Source: the human T2T-CHM13v2.0 reference genome, Homo sapiens. Taken from it: DNA of 64,000 nucleotides. The stretch's first letter is position 1. Every line of letters begins with the position of its first letter. Below the pieces are notes generated by a model, which had not been told where the DNA came from, did not search any database, and worked only from the letters and a program-made list of their open reading frames with translations. A program made the translations under genes and the position numbers. The stretch is from the NCBI RefSeq assembly GCF_009914755.1, contig NC_060938.1; one strand, 5' to 3'. Of the stretch, positions 1 through 12,988 are shown one piece after another.

Positions 1-61
1 CCATCTGGTGCCCAAGCCACAGCAGTGACGGCTGCAGAACTCCTTGGTATACATGTGTCAT
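1..61 (-). CDS. TEP1: TEP1 exon 48 (partial, WD40)
   Basis: DDTCIPRSSAAVTAVAWAPD after AG acceptor at 63-62; runs off window. Confidence 0.9.
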   Translation of the reverse strand, partial: MTHVYQGVLQPSLLWLGHQM

Positions 62-183
62 CTGGAGGAGAAAGGACGTGTTTCATTAGGAGCTGGGATA
101 CTGCTGGGATAAGAGATATCAGGCCACCCTTGACCTTTTTTTGTGCCAGTAACACACCCTGTCTCTCTCCAAGCCTCACTCAC

Positions 184-316
184 CTGCTTCCTTAGGAACC
201 TGCCAGAGCCGTACAGAACCATCCTCAGAGGCGGTCAGCATGAGGCCTGAGGTTTCTGAAACAGCAGCAGCACGGACTGGGCCGCTGTGTCCCAGGAGGG
301 TGTGGGTTTGGCACAC
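184..316 (-). CDS. TEP1: TEP1 exon 47 (WD40)
   Basis: VCQTHTLLGHSGPVRAAAVSETSGLMLTASEDGSVRLWQVPKEA; AG/GT, 133 nt. Confidence 0.93.
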
Positions 317-420
317 CTAGGAGGAAGGGATGGAGATGGGCTCATGAGAGTGGGCACAACAGAAGGTTATTCCGCATACCTTCCCCACCTCCCTTGACTC
401 TGGTCCTTGCAGGAACTCAC

Positions 421-497
421 CAAGAGTGGATGCCATAACCGTGTGGCCCCATCTAGCCCGACGGTTACCACCAGAAGCTCTGACCCAGGCTGTCCAG
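421..497 (-). CDS. TEP1: TEP1 exon 46 (WD40)
   Basis: GQPGSELLVVTVGLDGATRLWHPLL; AG/GT, 77 nt. Confidence 0.92.
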
Positions 498-591
498 CTG
501 ATAAGACACAGAGACTGAGTCAGAAGAAGGGACGGAGCAGGGGAGAAAAGAAGAGACAGCAGGGAAGGGGAGGTGGCTGACGTTTTGTTAC

Positions 592-724
592 CTGCACGGG
601 GCTCCATGGCAGCTGCACAGTGGCTAATGGGTCCTGAGTGAGCAGGGATGCTGGTCAGCTCCACGCCTTGATGGTCCCACACTTTCAAGGTCCCATCCCG
701 GCTCACAGACACCACGTGCTCCTC
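592..724 (-). CDS. TEP1: TEP1 exon 45 (WD40)
   Basis: EEHVVSVSRDGTLKVWDHQGVELTSIPAHSGPISHCAAAMEPRA; 133 nt. Confidence 0.93.
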
Positions 725-1342
725 CTGCCCACAGAGCACAAGATCAGAGCAGAGTCATATTGAGCAGGACATGGGAAACAGAACTTCCTCCACAGAGGTG
801 GGTGGAGCATTAGGAGCATGGAAGATGTCAATGAGGGAGGAGAACTCAGGAACAGTGGGGTTGGGTGGCTCAGGACAGTGGGGTCGGGTGGCTCAAGTTC
901 ATGATACCAAGAGGCTGTGTTTTCATGCTCTCCTCTCTCCCTTTACACCAACCCTTAGCCTCAACACCATAATCCAATCCCAAGTATCTCATTTTCTTTT
1001 TCTCTTTTTTTTTTTTTTAAAGATAGGGTCTCACTCTGTTACACTGGAGGCTGGAGTGCAGTGGTTTGATCATAGCTCACTGTAGCCTTGAAATCCTGGG
1101 CTCAAGTGATCTCTCGCCTCAGCCTCCTGAGTAGCTAGAACTACAGGCATGTACCATGGTACCCAGCTAATTTTTATTTTTATTTTTTATAGAGATGGGG
1201 GGTCTTCCTATGTTGCCTAATCTCTAGGTATCTCATTTTTATGCTCATTTTGCCTCTGGGATTAGATACTCCATGCACCGTCTCCCAAAGCCCCCTTAGC
1301 CCTTCCAGAGACCCCCCAGTGGGATCTCCATTGCTTTCTCAC

Positions 1343-1450
1343 CACAGCTGCCACAGCGCTCACAGCACTCTGATGACCCAGGAACTGACCAAGCCGCTGT
1401 CCTGACTCTGGGTCCCAGAGCCCCACAGAGCCATCACTGGAGCAGGATAT
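1343..1450 (-). CDS. TEP1: TEP1 exon 44 (WD40)
   Basis: ISCSSDGSVGLWDPESGQRLGQFLGHQSAVSAVAAV; 108 nt. Confidence 0.93.
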
Positions 1451-1708
1451 CTACAGAGTCAGAAGTCAGAGGAGTGGGATTATCAGCATCCCTCCAGCAT
1501 TTTGGTATATCTGTAGTGTAGGGTGGAAGGCGGTTAGCCACGTAATTAAGGGCCTGGGTTCTCCTGGGTTCAAATCCTAGCTCTGTCACTCATTACTTTC
1601 TGCTTTGTGGTCTGTTTCTCTTTCTGAGCCTTGGGTTTCCCAACTATTTAATGAGTATAATGATAATGTACCTATCTGATATGGTGGTTGTGGGGCTGAG
1701 TGCGTCTA

Positions 1709-2023
<315 letters not shown>

Positions 2024-2084
2024 AGGACTTAGCATGCTGCCTGGCACACAGTGAGCATATAATAAATGGTAGCTATTGTCCATA

Positions 2085-2368
2085 TTATTATTGTTATTAT
2101 TTTGAGATGGAGTTTCACTCTTGTTGCCCAGGCTGGAGTGCAATGGCGCGACCTCTGCCTCCCGGGTTCAAGTTATTCTCCTGCCTCAGCCTTCTGAGTA
2201 GCTGGGATTACAGGCATGTGTCACCACGCCTGGCTAATTTTGTATCTTTAGTAGAGACAGGGTTTCTCCATGTTGGTCAGCCTGGTCTTGAACTCCTGGC
2301 CTCGTGATCCACTCGCCTCGGCCTCCCAAAGTGCTGGGATTACAGGTGTGAGCCACCGTGCCCAGACC
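2085..2368 (-). mobile_element. AluS
   Basis: Antisense dimer, small right-arm deletion. Confidence 0.9.
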
Positions 2369-2668
2369 TAGGCTTTCTTATTAGAGAGTTCCCTGGCTCA
2401 GCTTCATCATTGACCTTGGAAATGTTCTGAGTTCAATTTCCTTGTCTGAAAAATAGAGATAAAAGGAGTATCTACTTTACAGGGTGTTGTAAAGATTAAG
2501 TGAAGCAATATATGAAAAGAGCTTAGTTCAATGCCTGGCACATATCAAGTTTGACAAATATTAGCTATCACTATTATTAATGGGTGCCAGAAAAAGGACG
2601 AGGTGGGGAGTGTTGTCTTGCCCCAGGAACCCAGCTGGGCTCTGTGCCACCCCTGGCCCTTTACTCAC

Positions 2669-2782
2669 CAGTAGGTTATCTTTGGTCCAGGCACAGCCAG
2701 TGACCCAGTCACGGTGACAGGCAGGGAAGGAGTGGATCAAAACAGGGGTTTTGGGTGTCCTCACGTCCCAGCAGAGGAGACT
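2669..2782 (-). CDS. TEP1: TEP1 exon 43 (WD40)
   Basis: SLLCWDVRTPKTPVLIHSFPACHRDWVTGCAWTKDNLL; 114 nt. Confidence 0.93.
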
Positions 2783-3017
2783 CTGGATAGGCCCCAAGGA
2801 GAGGGAGCAATCAGGACCAAAGGAAGGATGGGAACCCCGGAGCCATTTCAGGCAAGAAATTTCAAGGAAAGAGGGGCACAAGGAAGCACAGGCAGACAGA
2901 TCTATACTAGATTTGGCAAAACAAAAAGCAGGAGGAAGCAATGGGAAATGGGTTGTTAAGAAATCTAGGAACTAGAGAGGCTATGGGACCCCAGGGTTGC
3001 ATCCTTCTGCAGCTCAC

Positions 3018-3178
3018 CCGATCCCGGCCCCCGGTGGCCAGGCTGCCTCCATCAGTGCTGAAACTACAGCAGCTCACAGGGCCCTCATGTCCCCGCAGCT
3101 CAGTGCCACAGGGAAAGTCTTCTGCCTTGTGTGGCCGCGTCAGCAGCTGCCTTGGCCACAGCTGCACTGTGAAATCCT
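3018..3178 (-). CDS. TEP1: TEP1 exon 42 (WD40)
   Basis: DFTVQLWPRQLL...GHEGPVSCCSFSTDGGSLATGGRDR; 161 nt. Confidence 0.93.
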
Positions 3179-3847
3179 CTGCATTGGAAAAAGAGAGAGG
3201 GAACAGCTTCCTGAAAGAGGAAGCCAGACAGGCCCTGGGAGGCCAAAGACAGGAGCGGCCATGGGGGCTGAGGGTGACACCTGAGGCTCAGCTCCATGGG
3301 AGGGATGCAGGGAGTCACAAGGCTGTGGAGAGGCCCTGGGCAAGGGTCATCAGCGAGTGTGTACATAGGACGGGAACGTGCGGCACTCCCAGCTCCAGCT
3401 CCACAGCTCAGGCCGGGAACACAGTTCCTTGTCTCTGCTTCTCTAACTGTACTCCCACAGCAGCTGCTCCAGACCCCTCCTCTTCTCAAGTGTCCAGTGT
3501 CACTTCCACCTCGTGACCTGTGAGGACCAGTTCTCCCTCCTAGAGAGGGCCTAGGCCATTCTACATTTTCACCTCAACATCTCTCTCTCTCCTTCTAAGG
3601 GAAACCTATCCCTTTTCACAGCAAAGTCTCCCACGGGGCAGAAACTCAAAGGATTACTGGGAGGTTAGAGGTCCCAGAATGAAGGTGAAGGAATGAGTGG
3701 AAACAGTCTAAACAGATTATGCAAGATAATTGCATTCAAAAGCACTTTGAAAGTTGTAAAACAAAATCGCACATGTGTATTTTCATACACATATACATAC
3801 AACTTGGAGAAAGGTGTTAGTGTCTTTAAAAGGAACAGTGATTTGTG

Positions 3848-4154
<307 letters not shown>

Positions 4155-4193
4155 AACAGTAATTTGTTAACCCTGCCCACTGTCTAGTAGTAC

Positions 4194-4406
4194 CTGAGGC
4201 AGAAGCCAAGAGCTCCTGGGAAGTGGCCAGTCCTAGCACAGGCTTCTGGAATCTGGACAGGAGCCAGAGGGACTGAAGGGAGCATTCCTTGAGTGCCCAG
4301 CCCTGCAAGGACCCATCTTCTGCACCACTCACCAATACCTTGGGGCTTAGCCAGGCCAGGGCGGACACTGCCACATCCAGTGCCTGACCCTGAGCCCCCT
4401 GGGAAC
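4194..4406 (-). CDS. TEP1: TEP1 exon 41 (WD40)
   Basis: [36 protein letters not shown]...; 213 nt. Confidence 0.93.
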
Positions 4407-4513
4407 CTAGAGAATGAGAGAGAACAAGGGAGTAAGACACTTGGGAAGGGGTAGGGGGCAGGGGCTGCGCTCTTTCTAAAGGCTCAAAAACCCACCCATT
4501 CCCATTTCAGTAC

Positions 4514-4667
4514 CTGAAGAGATTTTGTAGATCCTAATGCCATCCGCTCGATATCCAACAGCCACCCGATCACCATCTGGGCTGAGTGCCACAGAGAGGG
4601 CAGGAGAGAGAGAAAGGGAACCCAGGTGCCCACGGGGCCGACCCAGAGACCCTGACCACACCTGAAC
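4514..4667 (-). CDS. TEP1: TEP1 exon 40 (WD40)
   Basis: VQVWSGSLGRPRG...DGIRIYKISS; 154 nt. Confidence 0.93.
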
Positions 4668-4937
4668 CTGGGAACCAAGAAAAGGGCTTAAGGATACCAC
4701 CTCCACCACGCGGTCCTCCTTCCTGTTTTGAGTTACAGCCACCCCCATTAAAGTCCTCCTTCCAGAGACTCTTCTCATGAGAGCTGCCCCTGCACACAGC
4801 GGCACCCCTCTCCCCGTGGTTCCTGCAATCCAAGCTCCTCCACAGTCTCCTCGACAAAGGACCCCCACCCCCACCAAGATATTCTTTGCCTTTGCTACTC
4901 CTCCTCACAACCCACCACCAGCCCTCTGCAAGCTGAC

Positions 4938-5150
4938 CTTGCCATCCTCTCCAGCCGTCAGTAACTGGCAACCCGCATGCAGGAAAAGCGCAGCAGCAAC
5001 AAAGCCATGGTGGGCAGGGAAGGCAGCCAGCCGTGCCCCTTCTCGCCAGGCCCACAGCTCCACCATACTGTCCAGCCGGCCCACAGCCACAACCCCCCCA
5101 GGCACATTGAAGGCCAAGGTACGGATAGAGGCTCCGGGTGCCCCCAGGTC
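4938..5150 (-). CDS. TEP1: TEP1 exon 39 (WD40)
   Basis: DLGAPGASIRTLAFNVPGG...LLTAGEDGK; 213 nt. Confidence 0.93.
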
Positions 5151-5293
5151 CTACACAGGGAGGTAGAAATGGAAACGTGAAGACCTGCTCTCAGCAAAAT
5201 CTTAAGTGACCCAGAATGCTGCTGTCTGTCGTCTGCCACCCTCCACTCCTGTCCTCCTGTGCTTCCCCCAAGAGCAACACTGGACCTTCTTAC

Positions 5294-5449
5294 CTTGGTG
5301 ACTTTGAGCCCATCCACCTGGAAGAAGCTGATGCTGCCAGCCCAGCTGCCTGTGGCTATTACCTGCCCCTCTGGGTGGAAGGCAACACAGTTCAGGGACT
5401 TGGGGTAGGTGTGCTGGAAGGCCAGCTGCCCACGGACTGTGTCCCACAG
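5294..5449 (-). CDS. TEP1: TEP1 exon 38 (WD40)
   Basis: LWDTVRGQLAFQHTYPKSLNCVAFHPEG...LKVTK; 156 nt. Confidence 0.93.
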
Positions 5450-5667
5450 CTGAGGGAGAGAGAGGAGGAATCAGGATGCTGAAGAGAGATGCCTGAACTT
5501 CTCAGTCCCAGACCTCCAGGAGCAACCTTGTCCAGTTACCCTGCCCTCAGCAGGGAAGGCCTTCTCTGGCCAGGGAGTCAGCAGCCTCTGCCGCACTGAG
5601 AGAACAAATTCACGAGGGTGAGTCATGGCTCAGGGCCACTCTGACCACTGCAGACCCCAAGTCTTAC

Positions 5668-5767
5668 CTTTAGGCATCCTCCCAAGCACACGGTGGCTAG
5701 CAGCCGGCAGTCTGGGCTCAGGCAGCAGCCAGTGATTTGGTACTGGTGAGCCTTAGTCTGCAGCACC
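5668..5767 (-). CDS. TEP1: TEP1 exon 37 (WD40)
   Basis: VLQTKAHQYQITGCCLSPDCRLLATVCLGGCLK; 100 nt. Confidence 0.92.
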
Positions 5768-5894
5768 CTATCCCAGGAAGATGAAGTCAGTCCTCTGGAC
5801 CCTGGCCATCAGCTCCCTCCTCATTTCCTTCTCCTGGGGCTTCCAAAAAATGGGGAAGGCCCTCATTCCAAGACAAATGGGGAGGACCCCTTAC

Positions 5895-6019
5895 CGACAA
5901 CCATGCTGCAGGTCCCAGAGCTCCAGGAGCCCGTCGAAGGCAGTAAGAAAGAGTGTATCATCGGAGAGGAACAAACAAGCAGAGATTCCATCACAGCCAC
6001 TCACCACAGACTTCTCCTC
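5895..6019 (-). CDS. TEP1: TEP1 exon 36 (WD40)
   Basis: EEKSVVSGCDGISACLFLSDDTLFLTAFDGLLELWDLQHGC; 125 nt. Confidence 0.93.
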
Positions 6020-6843
6020 CTGCGACAGTGGGTGAGGGAGCGCAGCTCAGGCCATCCCCTTGACCCTCCAAGTCCCACCACTCCAGGCCCCACCCAAAAA
6101 GAAGGCCAAGGCACAAAGGCCATGAGTCCTTGGCTCTCTATGTTCCAAGTCAAGCACACGTTCAAGTGGGGGCCTCGTGATCCAAGTGGGGCCACATTTT
6201 CTCCCCTACTCCAAACCCCATACCTATTCCCCAAGTTACAGAAAATTTTGATGGGTCTGAGAAAATGGGGTTACATGGGGTAGGGGATGACATGAGTGTA
6301 AAGAGGATAGAAAGAGGCTGTGGTTCTAGGACTCACCTCTCCAGCCTAATGTACTATTAGCCTCCCATAAGCACGCTGTGCTGCCATAATTCCCAGCAAT
6401 TTACAAATTTACCAGGAACATTCCCCTCCTGTGTCTTTGCTCAGGTTCCTTGTTCAAACAAGAGTGCCTGCCCTTCTCTATCCTATGTCCTCCTATAGCT
6501 GCACAACTCACTCATGTCTTAATTAGATTACATGGCTATGTTTTGGTTCCTTTTTTACCTCGTATGTCTTATCTCCCAACAAAACTGACCACTTGGTGGG
6601 CAATGACAATGTCCCAAATCCTGTGTTTCTTGCAACGCTTAGCACAGTGCCTTAAATGGAAGGTGTGCAGCAAATATTTGCTGTGTGATTGATTTTTTGG
6701 CCAAGCCCTTTGAGCTGATGTGCAGGCAGTAAAGTTGCTGAATTAATCAGAGTGATAACAGGTGTGTTTGGCTCATCTAGGGCTTCAGGGCAGTCTGCAT
6801 GGATTTTCAGAGGGTAAATTCTGCCCCTCCTTGATTGTCATAC

Positions 6844-6967
6844 CTGCCAAGTTCTCAGGTCCAACAGGTAAACTGTCCCATTGGCAGTGCCCACAGCTGC
6901 TCTTTGCCCATTGGTGGAGAAGGCCACAGCAGTAGGGGATGAGGAAACTGCCAGAGACAGGCTGGAG
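6844..6967 (-). CDS. TEP1: TEP1 exon 35 (first WD40)
   Basis: SSLSLAVSSSPTAVAFSTNGQRAAVGTANGTVYLLDLRTWQ; 124 nt. Confidence 0.92.
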
Positions 6968-7148
6968 CTAGAGAAAGAGTAGGAAGAAAGGGAGGAAATA
7001 AACGAGAGAATGCAAACAGGAGTTGATTTATGTGCTTCTGTGCCTGGATCCCTCTCCAGTGTTTCTGGTCATCCTTATTCCTCAGTTTCAGAAAGAGCTG
7101 CAGCTTGCTCTCTGGTGGGCTTACTAGGGTCTGGGGTCAAGGTCTTAC

Positions 7149-7389
7149 CTTTGCTGATTTTTCATGGTCCGGGGTTTATTAAGCCATCGTAGTGTGTGTT
7201 GGAGGTGCCATCTCCGGGAGAGCAGCGAGGCTTGGTGGCAAAGAGGTGAGTCCAGGGGCTGGTTGGCTGCCTGCTGGGGCAGGAGCCGGGGGTACTGGCT
7301 GAGGATTGAAGCCTGCTGCCTCAGGAAGGTGCGAAACACTGCAACGTCAGCCTCGGGGAGCTTTTGTTCCTCTTTGGGGACTGAAGAAG
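7149..7389 (-). CDS. TEP1: TEP1 exon 34
   Basis: SSVPKEEQKLPEADVAVFRTFLRQQASIL...KNQQ; 241 nt. Confidence 0.93.
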
Positions 7390-7844
7390 CTATAAAAGGG
7401 TGGCAGAATGTCACTGGGGAGCCAGCTGGACCCCATTAGCCCCAGCACCAAATAAAACCATATGGTGTGTCTACAATAGTAAGTCTCAAAGTGTGGCCCT
7501 CTGGCCCTATATCAGGAATATCTCTTAAAAGTACAAAGCTTTGAGCCCCACTCCAAACCTAGGAAACCAGAATATGGAGACCCAAGGATCTGCAATTTGA
7601 ACAAGTTTCCTAGATAGTTTTATGCTAACTAAATAAAGTTGAAGAATCTCTGGTCCAAGAGATCAAGGTGAAAGGTCTCCTGAGAGTCACGTGCTCACCC
7701 TCTTGGCATTTTCAACTCGAAATGGAAATTTGAATCTTTTTTCCCTGACACCCACACCCCTGCCCCAACCCTGAGCAGGGCCCCCATAAGCACACCCAGG
7801 AGTCCCATATCTCAGAGAAGAACCCAGCCAGTGACTCATCTCAC

Positions 7845-7959
7845 CATAGAGGGCATGGGCCTCCAAGAGCCGAGAGACCAGACCCAATTCCAAGTGTGCA
7901 GCCACCACATGGAGGTTGGTAAGGAACTTCGAAAGAAGTCCACGGTTCCCGCTCTGGAG
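7845..7959 (-). CDS. TEP1: TEP1 exon 33
   Basis: LQSGNRGLLSKFLTNLHVVAAHLELGLVSRLLEAHALY; 115 nt. Confidence 0.92.
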
Positions 7960-8226
7960 CTGAGAAGGTCAGATTGAATTCATTAGGGATATGAAGGGGC
8001 TGGTGAGAAGGGACAGTTTAGTCTCAGAACCTGGATACAGAGATAGGATCTGAGCTGGGACAAAGGACTTGAAGAAGAAGGGCAGGAAAACTGAAAGGAA
8101 AGAGGTCAAGGGAGTTTGGGAGGGGTAATGGCGGCGGTGATGGTGGAGATGGTAACGGGGAGAGGGGTCTCAGAGCAACCAAAGCACTCACTTTGGGAAA
8201 GGTGTCTATGGGGTCTAGGAACTAAC

Positions 8227-8315
8227 CAGGTGGTAAGGCAGGTCTCCCAGAGCCTCAGGAGGGCAACTTCGGAAGGTGCCTGAGGCATCAGCGTCACATG
8301 TCTTCCAGAGCTGAG
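8227..8315 (-). CDS. TEP1: TEP1 exon 32
   Basis: QLWKTCDADASGTFRSCPPEALGDLPYHL; 89 nt. Confidence 0.9.
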
Positions 8316-8466
8316 CTGCATGAACAGATATTGAGAAAGGCTCAGCCCTGCATCATTCCCAAGGGCAGTAGGTGAGCTGGCCAGCAGATGGGAGCACAGT
8401 GGGTGGTCCTGGCCTCCAGGCCCAAGCCCCACACTCAGTGCCCAGGCTGACTTGGGCTGCAATCAC

Positions 8467-8600
8467 CTGCAATGAGGATGTGTGCCGTGTCCTCTAGCCC
8501 TGGCCTCTTCCCATAGCAACGTTTAGCTGCTGTTCTCAGGGGCCCATCAGGGAGGCACAGCCGGGCACCAGGGCGCTCCAGAGGGCCCTCCCCTAGCAAA
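8467..8600 (-). CDS. TEP1: TEP1 exon 31
   Basis: LLGEGPLERPGARLCLPDGPLRTAAKRCYGKRPGLEDTAHILIA; 134 nt. Confidence 0.9.
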
Positions 8601-8826
8601 CTGTCCTCGTGTGAGGAAGGGAGAGAGAAGAAGGAAGAGGCCTGTCAGTGAGCTTCCTGGCACACAGTGGGCTCCTATTCCCCCCTCAAATAGCGGAAAC
8701 TGGAGCAGCTGGAGCAGTAGCTCATTCATGGTCTGGGAGCCAGTTGTTGAAGCTATACAGAGGGCCCCGGCTCAAAGAAGGGAAGGCACAGAGAGGTCAG
8801 CGGGAGCTCTGCTGGGGCACCTGTAC

Positions 8827-8977
8827 CTGCGCAGACTCTGGACGAGGCAGGCAAACGGGCCCATGGGGTAGGGGTCTCCACTGTTACCAGCAGCCACTGC
8901 TTCTTCCCAGCTCTTAGTCCCCTTCGGTAGTGTCCGCCACACACTCAGCACTCCGTGCAGCTGGTCCACAGTCAAAC
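8827..8977 (-). CDS. TEP1: TEP1 exon 30
   Basis: LTVDQLHGVLSVWRTLPKG...FACLVQSLR; 151 nt. Confidence 0.92.
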
Positions 8978-9137
8978 CTGAAAACTCAAGCTCTCTGAGG
9001 CCCTCATCTAACCATACGGTGTCCCCGCCCCCACCACACCCAGTCTCTCCTTGAACTGCCTGCTGAGACCCCAAGGGAACCAATGTAATCCGAACCCTGG
9101 CCCTCAGCCTCCCAACCAACCCACCCCAAGCACTGAC

Positions 9138-9270
9138 CACTCCGTGTGACTTCTAGGGCAGTCAAGGCCTGGGGAAGGACATCAGGCCCGTGCTCCTTCT
9201 CCAGTGTGCTCAGGATGTGCTGCAGCAGCAGGGGGACAGTGGCAGGCAGGGTCCGGAGTCTCTCAGACAC
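9138..9270 (-). CDS. TEP1: TEP1 exon 29
   Basis: VSERLRTLPATVPLLLQHILSTLEKEHG...EVTRS; 133 nt. Confidence 0.92.
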
Positions 9271-9536
9271 CTAGGATGGCGGGAGGACAGCCTTGTTCAG
9301 TGCAGTGGGAGGAGAAGCAGCTTGGCTTGTGGGATAGGGAAGGGGCAGCAGGAGGACAGTGTGGAGGAATGAAAAAGTAAAGAACAACAGTAGGAGGGAA
9401 GTGAGGCGAGGTATGAGGCGAGGATAGGGAGTGGGTGATCACAAGACAGCAAAGGACGTGGGATAGGGATGAGACAAAGCAGCTGAAGAGAGAATGGGAA
9501 GTAGTGATTAGGACTTGGAAGGTGATGAGAACTGAC

Positions 9537-9629
9537 CTGCTCATACAGCGTGAAGAGCCTCAGGTGATCGGTGACCAAGCGCAGGTAGAGCGGCCGGCCT
9601 GATTCCCGCTTCACCAGCAGCAGTCGCAT
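9537..9629 (-). CDS. TEP1: TEP1 exon 28
   Basis: MRLLLVKRESGRPLYLRLVTDHLRLFTLYEQ; 93 nt. Confidence 0.92.
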
Positions 9630-10087
9630 CTGGCAAGACTCAGGACTCAGGGTGGGGTCCAGGAGGGCTGCCCGCAGCCAGCCCTCTGCCCCAGCACCAG
9701 CCCCTCTGCCAGGCAGCTCCTCCTCTGAGAGTCCCCAGCAGACGCCAGGTCCATGGCATCATCCCAGGACACAAACCATCCCTCTCCTACGCTGCTCTGC
9801 CCAGCCAGCCCTGCCAGAAAACCCCTGTGGCTCGGCCTACCCCACCAAAAACCACTTGACTCATCCCCTCACCCCGAGAGGCCCTGGAAAGGCCATTCAC
9901 CGGGGGAAGAGGGCTGGGTGACATGATCAGGAATCACAATTTTCTTATTAACAACTTCCCATGGACAGAATTTCTGAGAAAACAAAGGAGCAGGTCTGTG
10001 CAAGGCAGCTAGCGGCCTCGGCACCCCAGGTCCTCATAGCTCCCAGATTCACCCCACACACCCACCGGCCCCGGCCTAGAACCCAAC

Positions 10088-10267
10088 CTGGTTGTTAAAT
10101 GGTGACTCCTCCAGCCGCTTCCCGTACAGGGCCAGCTCCTCTCTCACCAGCCGGGCCCGAGCAGAGGCCTCCAGAGGCCCCAAGGCCAGCACGTGGGCAC
10201 CCTGGCTCTGCTCAAGGGTCTCCCCTAGGCCTGCATCACTAGACACACTCAGCACCAGGTGTACACA
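10088..10267 (-). CDS. TEP1: TEP1 exon 27 (NACHT)
   Basis: CVHLVLSVSSDAGLGETLEQSQG...EESPFNNQ; 180 nt. Confidence 0.93.
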
Positions 10268-10401
10268 CTGTGATATTTGGGCAAAGGGGCAGGAAGGTAG
10301 AAAGAAAAGGAGAACCACATTGGAGAGGCCTCTCTCCTCCGTGCCGTATCCCTCCTTCTCCCCAGCCTGCCTCCCGACACCCACCTCCTTCTCACACTCA
10401 C

Positions 10402-10558
10402 CCGGGGAAGCTTCTTTGGGATCCAGTCTGAAATCAGCTGCCCATTCTGGTCCACTAACCTATCAGCCCCATCGATGATCAGGACCTGGGTCTGGCCAGG
10501 ATGCAGGGACTCAGCAGACTTGGGCAGCAGCCTCTGCTGCAGCTCCCACACCAGGCTT
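10402..10558 (-). CDS. TEP1: TEP1 exon 26 (NACHT, Walker B VLIIDGAD)
   Basis: SLVWELQQRLLPKS...QVLIIDGADRL...IPKKLPR; 157 nt. Confidence 0.93.
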
Positions 10559-10656
10559 CTGTACATGGAGAGGAAGTCAGGGTCAGTGGGAGAGAAAAAA
10601 AAAGCAGGGGTGGTACGTGGGCATCAACAAGGCTGGGCTCATTGGGGGATACCCAC

Positions 10657-10832
10657 CGGTAGGTGCTGGGGAGGGCACCTGGCTCTTTTAGTTGGCCACG
10701 CAGATAGGTACAGAGGCGTCTGAGCAGAGTGAGGGCAAGACCCTGGTCAGGACGAGCCCCAGAAAAGTGGAAGAAGACTAATGATGCCACCTTGGCCCCA
10801 TCAGGAGCCTGCAGGGCTGACACAAGAGATGC
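10657..10832 (-). CDS. TEP1: TEP1 exon 25 (NACHT)
   Basis: ASLVSALQAPDGAKVASLVFFHFSGARPDQG...; 176 nt. Confidence 0.93.
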
Positions 10833-10951
10833 CTGCATGGGACAGGAACAGAAAACATGGTCACATTTTACATGCCTGAGCTCCCTGTGCCTTACCTCCT
10901 TAGCCCACACAGCCTTCCCTCCCTCCTGCCCAGGCCCCTGAGACTCTGTAC

Positions 10952-11146
10952 CAGGAAGGCTGTCTTGCCCTGTCCTGACTGCCCCGTCACCAGGCTCAGC
11001 CTTCCGTGGGGCAGCATCAGCCGTTGCACTGTGTCCTGAAGAAGGCGTGGCCGGGCAGGACTCGGTGGCTTCTGCAGCTGCTGGAAGGTGGCCTGGACCA
11101 AGTCATCGTCTGGGATGGACACTGGCTGCTCCAGCAGGGCCCCAGG
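10952..11146 (-). CDS. TEP1: TEP1 exon 24 (NACHT, Walker A GQSGQGKT)
   Basis: PGALLEQPVSIPDDDL...LVTGQSGQGKTAFL; 195 nt. Confidence 0.94.
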
Positions 11147-11304
11147 CTGAGGGTAAATGGGTCAGTGACTATCCATGGTGCCATGCTCCTCAGCACTCCC
11201 AGGCTAAAACTCACAGAGCCCCCGCCAAGCTACTTCCTCCCCAGGACAACCCAGACCACCCCATGTCCCTCTCCATGCCTCTGGTCACCAGTGCTTCTGC
11301 TGAC

Positions 11305-11422
11305 CTGCAGGTAGAGCTTCTGGATCATATTCCATACATCCTGCAGAACCAACTGCCCAAACTCCTCCAGCCCGCCAACATAGGGCCGGCCAGCTGCCAC
11401 ACCCCCCCACTCACAGGGGTAT
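11305..11422 (-). CDS. TEP1: TEP1 exon 23
   Basis: [39 protein letters not shown]; 118 nt. Confidence 0.92.
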
Positions 11423-11513
11423 CTGTGGGCAAATCAAGCACAACCAGGTCAGAGCAGGCCCGGCTCCTCTCACCACATCTCTGTACAGGTGCTCCCTACC
11501 TCCCTCAGCTCAC

Positions 11514-11627
11514 CTGCGGCAGGTGATCCCTTTCTGTCTGCTTAGGTAGCTCTTCAGTTCTGAGATCCGACGTGCGGCCTCTTCAGACTCAGAAACAAAG
11601 TCAGATTTCCAGGCATCTGGCACAGAG
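11514..11627 (-). CDS. TEP1: TEP1 exon 22
   Basis: [37 protein letters not shown]; 114 nt. Confidence 0.92.
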
Positions 11628-11898
11628 CTGACCACCAAAGACCCCAAAAGTTGGAATAGACTCAGACCCCAGCCAGCCTCCCTCCACCAACCACCAGACA
11701 TAGCTGTAATTTCCTGAAGCTCCTCAAGTAGAGAGCTCCTGACTCCAGCACCAAGGCTGACGTGGGGCTGCAAAGGCATGCTGAGTCCTGTTTCTGCCTC
11801 ATAGCACTCCCCTTCTATACTCTGAATACTGAGGAGAGAAGACTGGCCTGTCTGGCCTTTTGGGGAAGGAGCCCCAGCCTGCAGGCAACAGACAGTAC

Positions 11899-12023
11899 CT
11901 GAGGAAGCTGGAATCCCGGAAGTAGATGAGAGCTTGGGCAGAGGGCTGCAGACGTTGGTTCCGGTTCAGGAACTGCATCACCTCCATCTCTGTCACAGAG
12001 CGCCCTGAAGGGTACTGCTGGGC
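11899..12023 (-). CDS. TEP1: TEP1 exon 21 (DUF4062 end)
   Basis: [41 protein letters not shown]; 125 nt. Confidence 0.93.
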
Positions 12024-12250
12024 CTGCGGGGAGGACAGAGACAGTGAGTTTAGTCCTAGGCCACAATGACCCTCCCTCCAGACCTGCCAAGGCCCCAGGA
12101 CTCCTGTATCTCTGATGTTCCTCTCTCCTTCCCTCCAGGCACAAGCAATAAAATATAGCTAATAGCTAATGTTTTTTATTTATTTTTATTTTTTTTTCCT
12201 GGAACAAGGCACTAATAGCTAACATTCATTGAATGCCTGTAATGTATTGA

Positions 12251-12585
<335 letters not shown>

Positions 12586-12988
12586 CCTGTTACAGACTTT
12601 CAATTCTCATAATAACCCTCCAATGTCAATGTCATTGCTTCTCTTTAATATAGGGAAATGGAGGCTAGGTCAGAGTAAGCTGCATCACACAAAGCCACAC
12701 AACTTGTAGATGACAGAAGGGAGATCAGTACCCAGATCTATCTGATGGCAACACCTAAGCAGACCCGCCCTCTTACTTTTGCTCATGGCCAACCCCAGAG
12801 GCACTTCTCAAAGGACTTTTCTCATCTAGAGCATGGTCACTTGCAGTATCTTCAGCCTGTATTTCACTTCAAGTCTCAAGGACCTGCCTGTTCATAGTTG
12901 CAGGGTTTCTGACAGAGTGTGGCTTCTCCCAGCCTCTGCCCCAATCTTTGCTTCCTCCCCAGCCCTCCTCCAAACCTGTCTGCCTTAC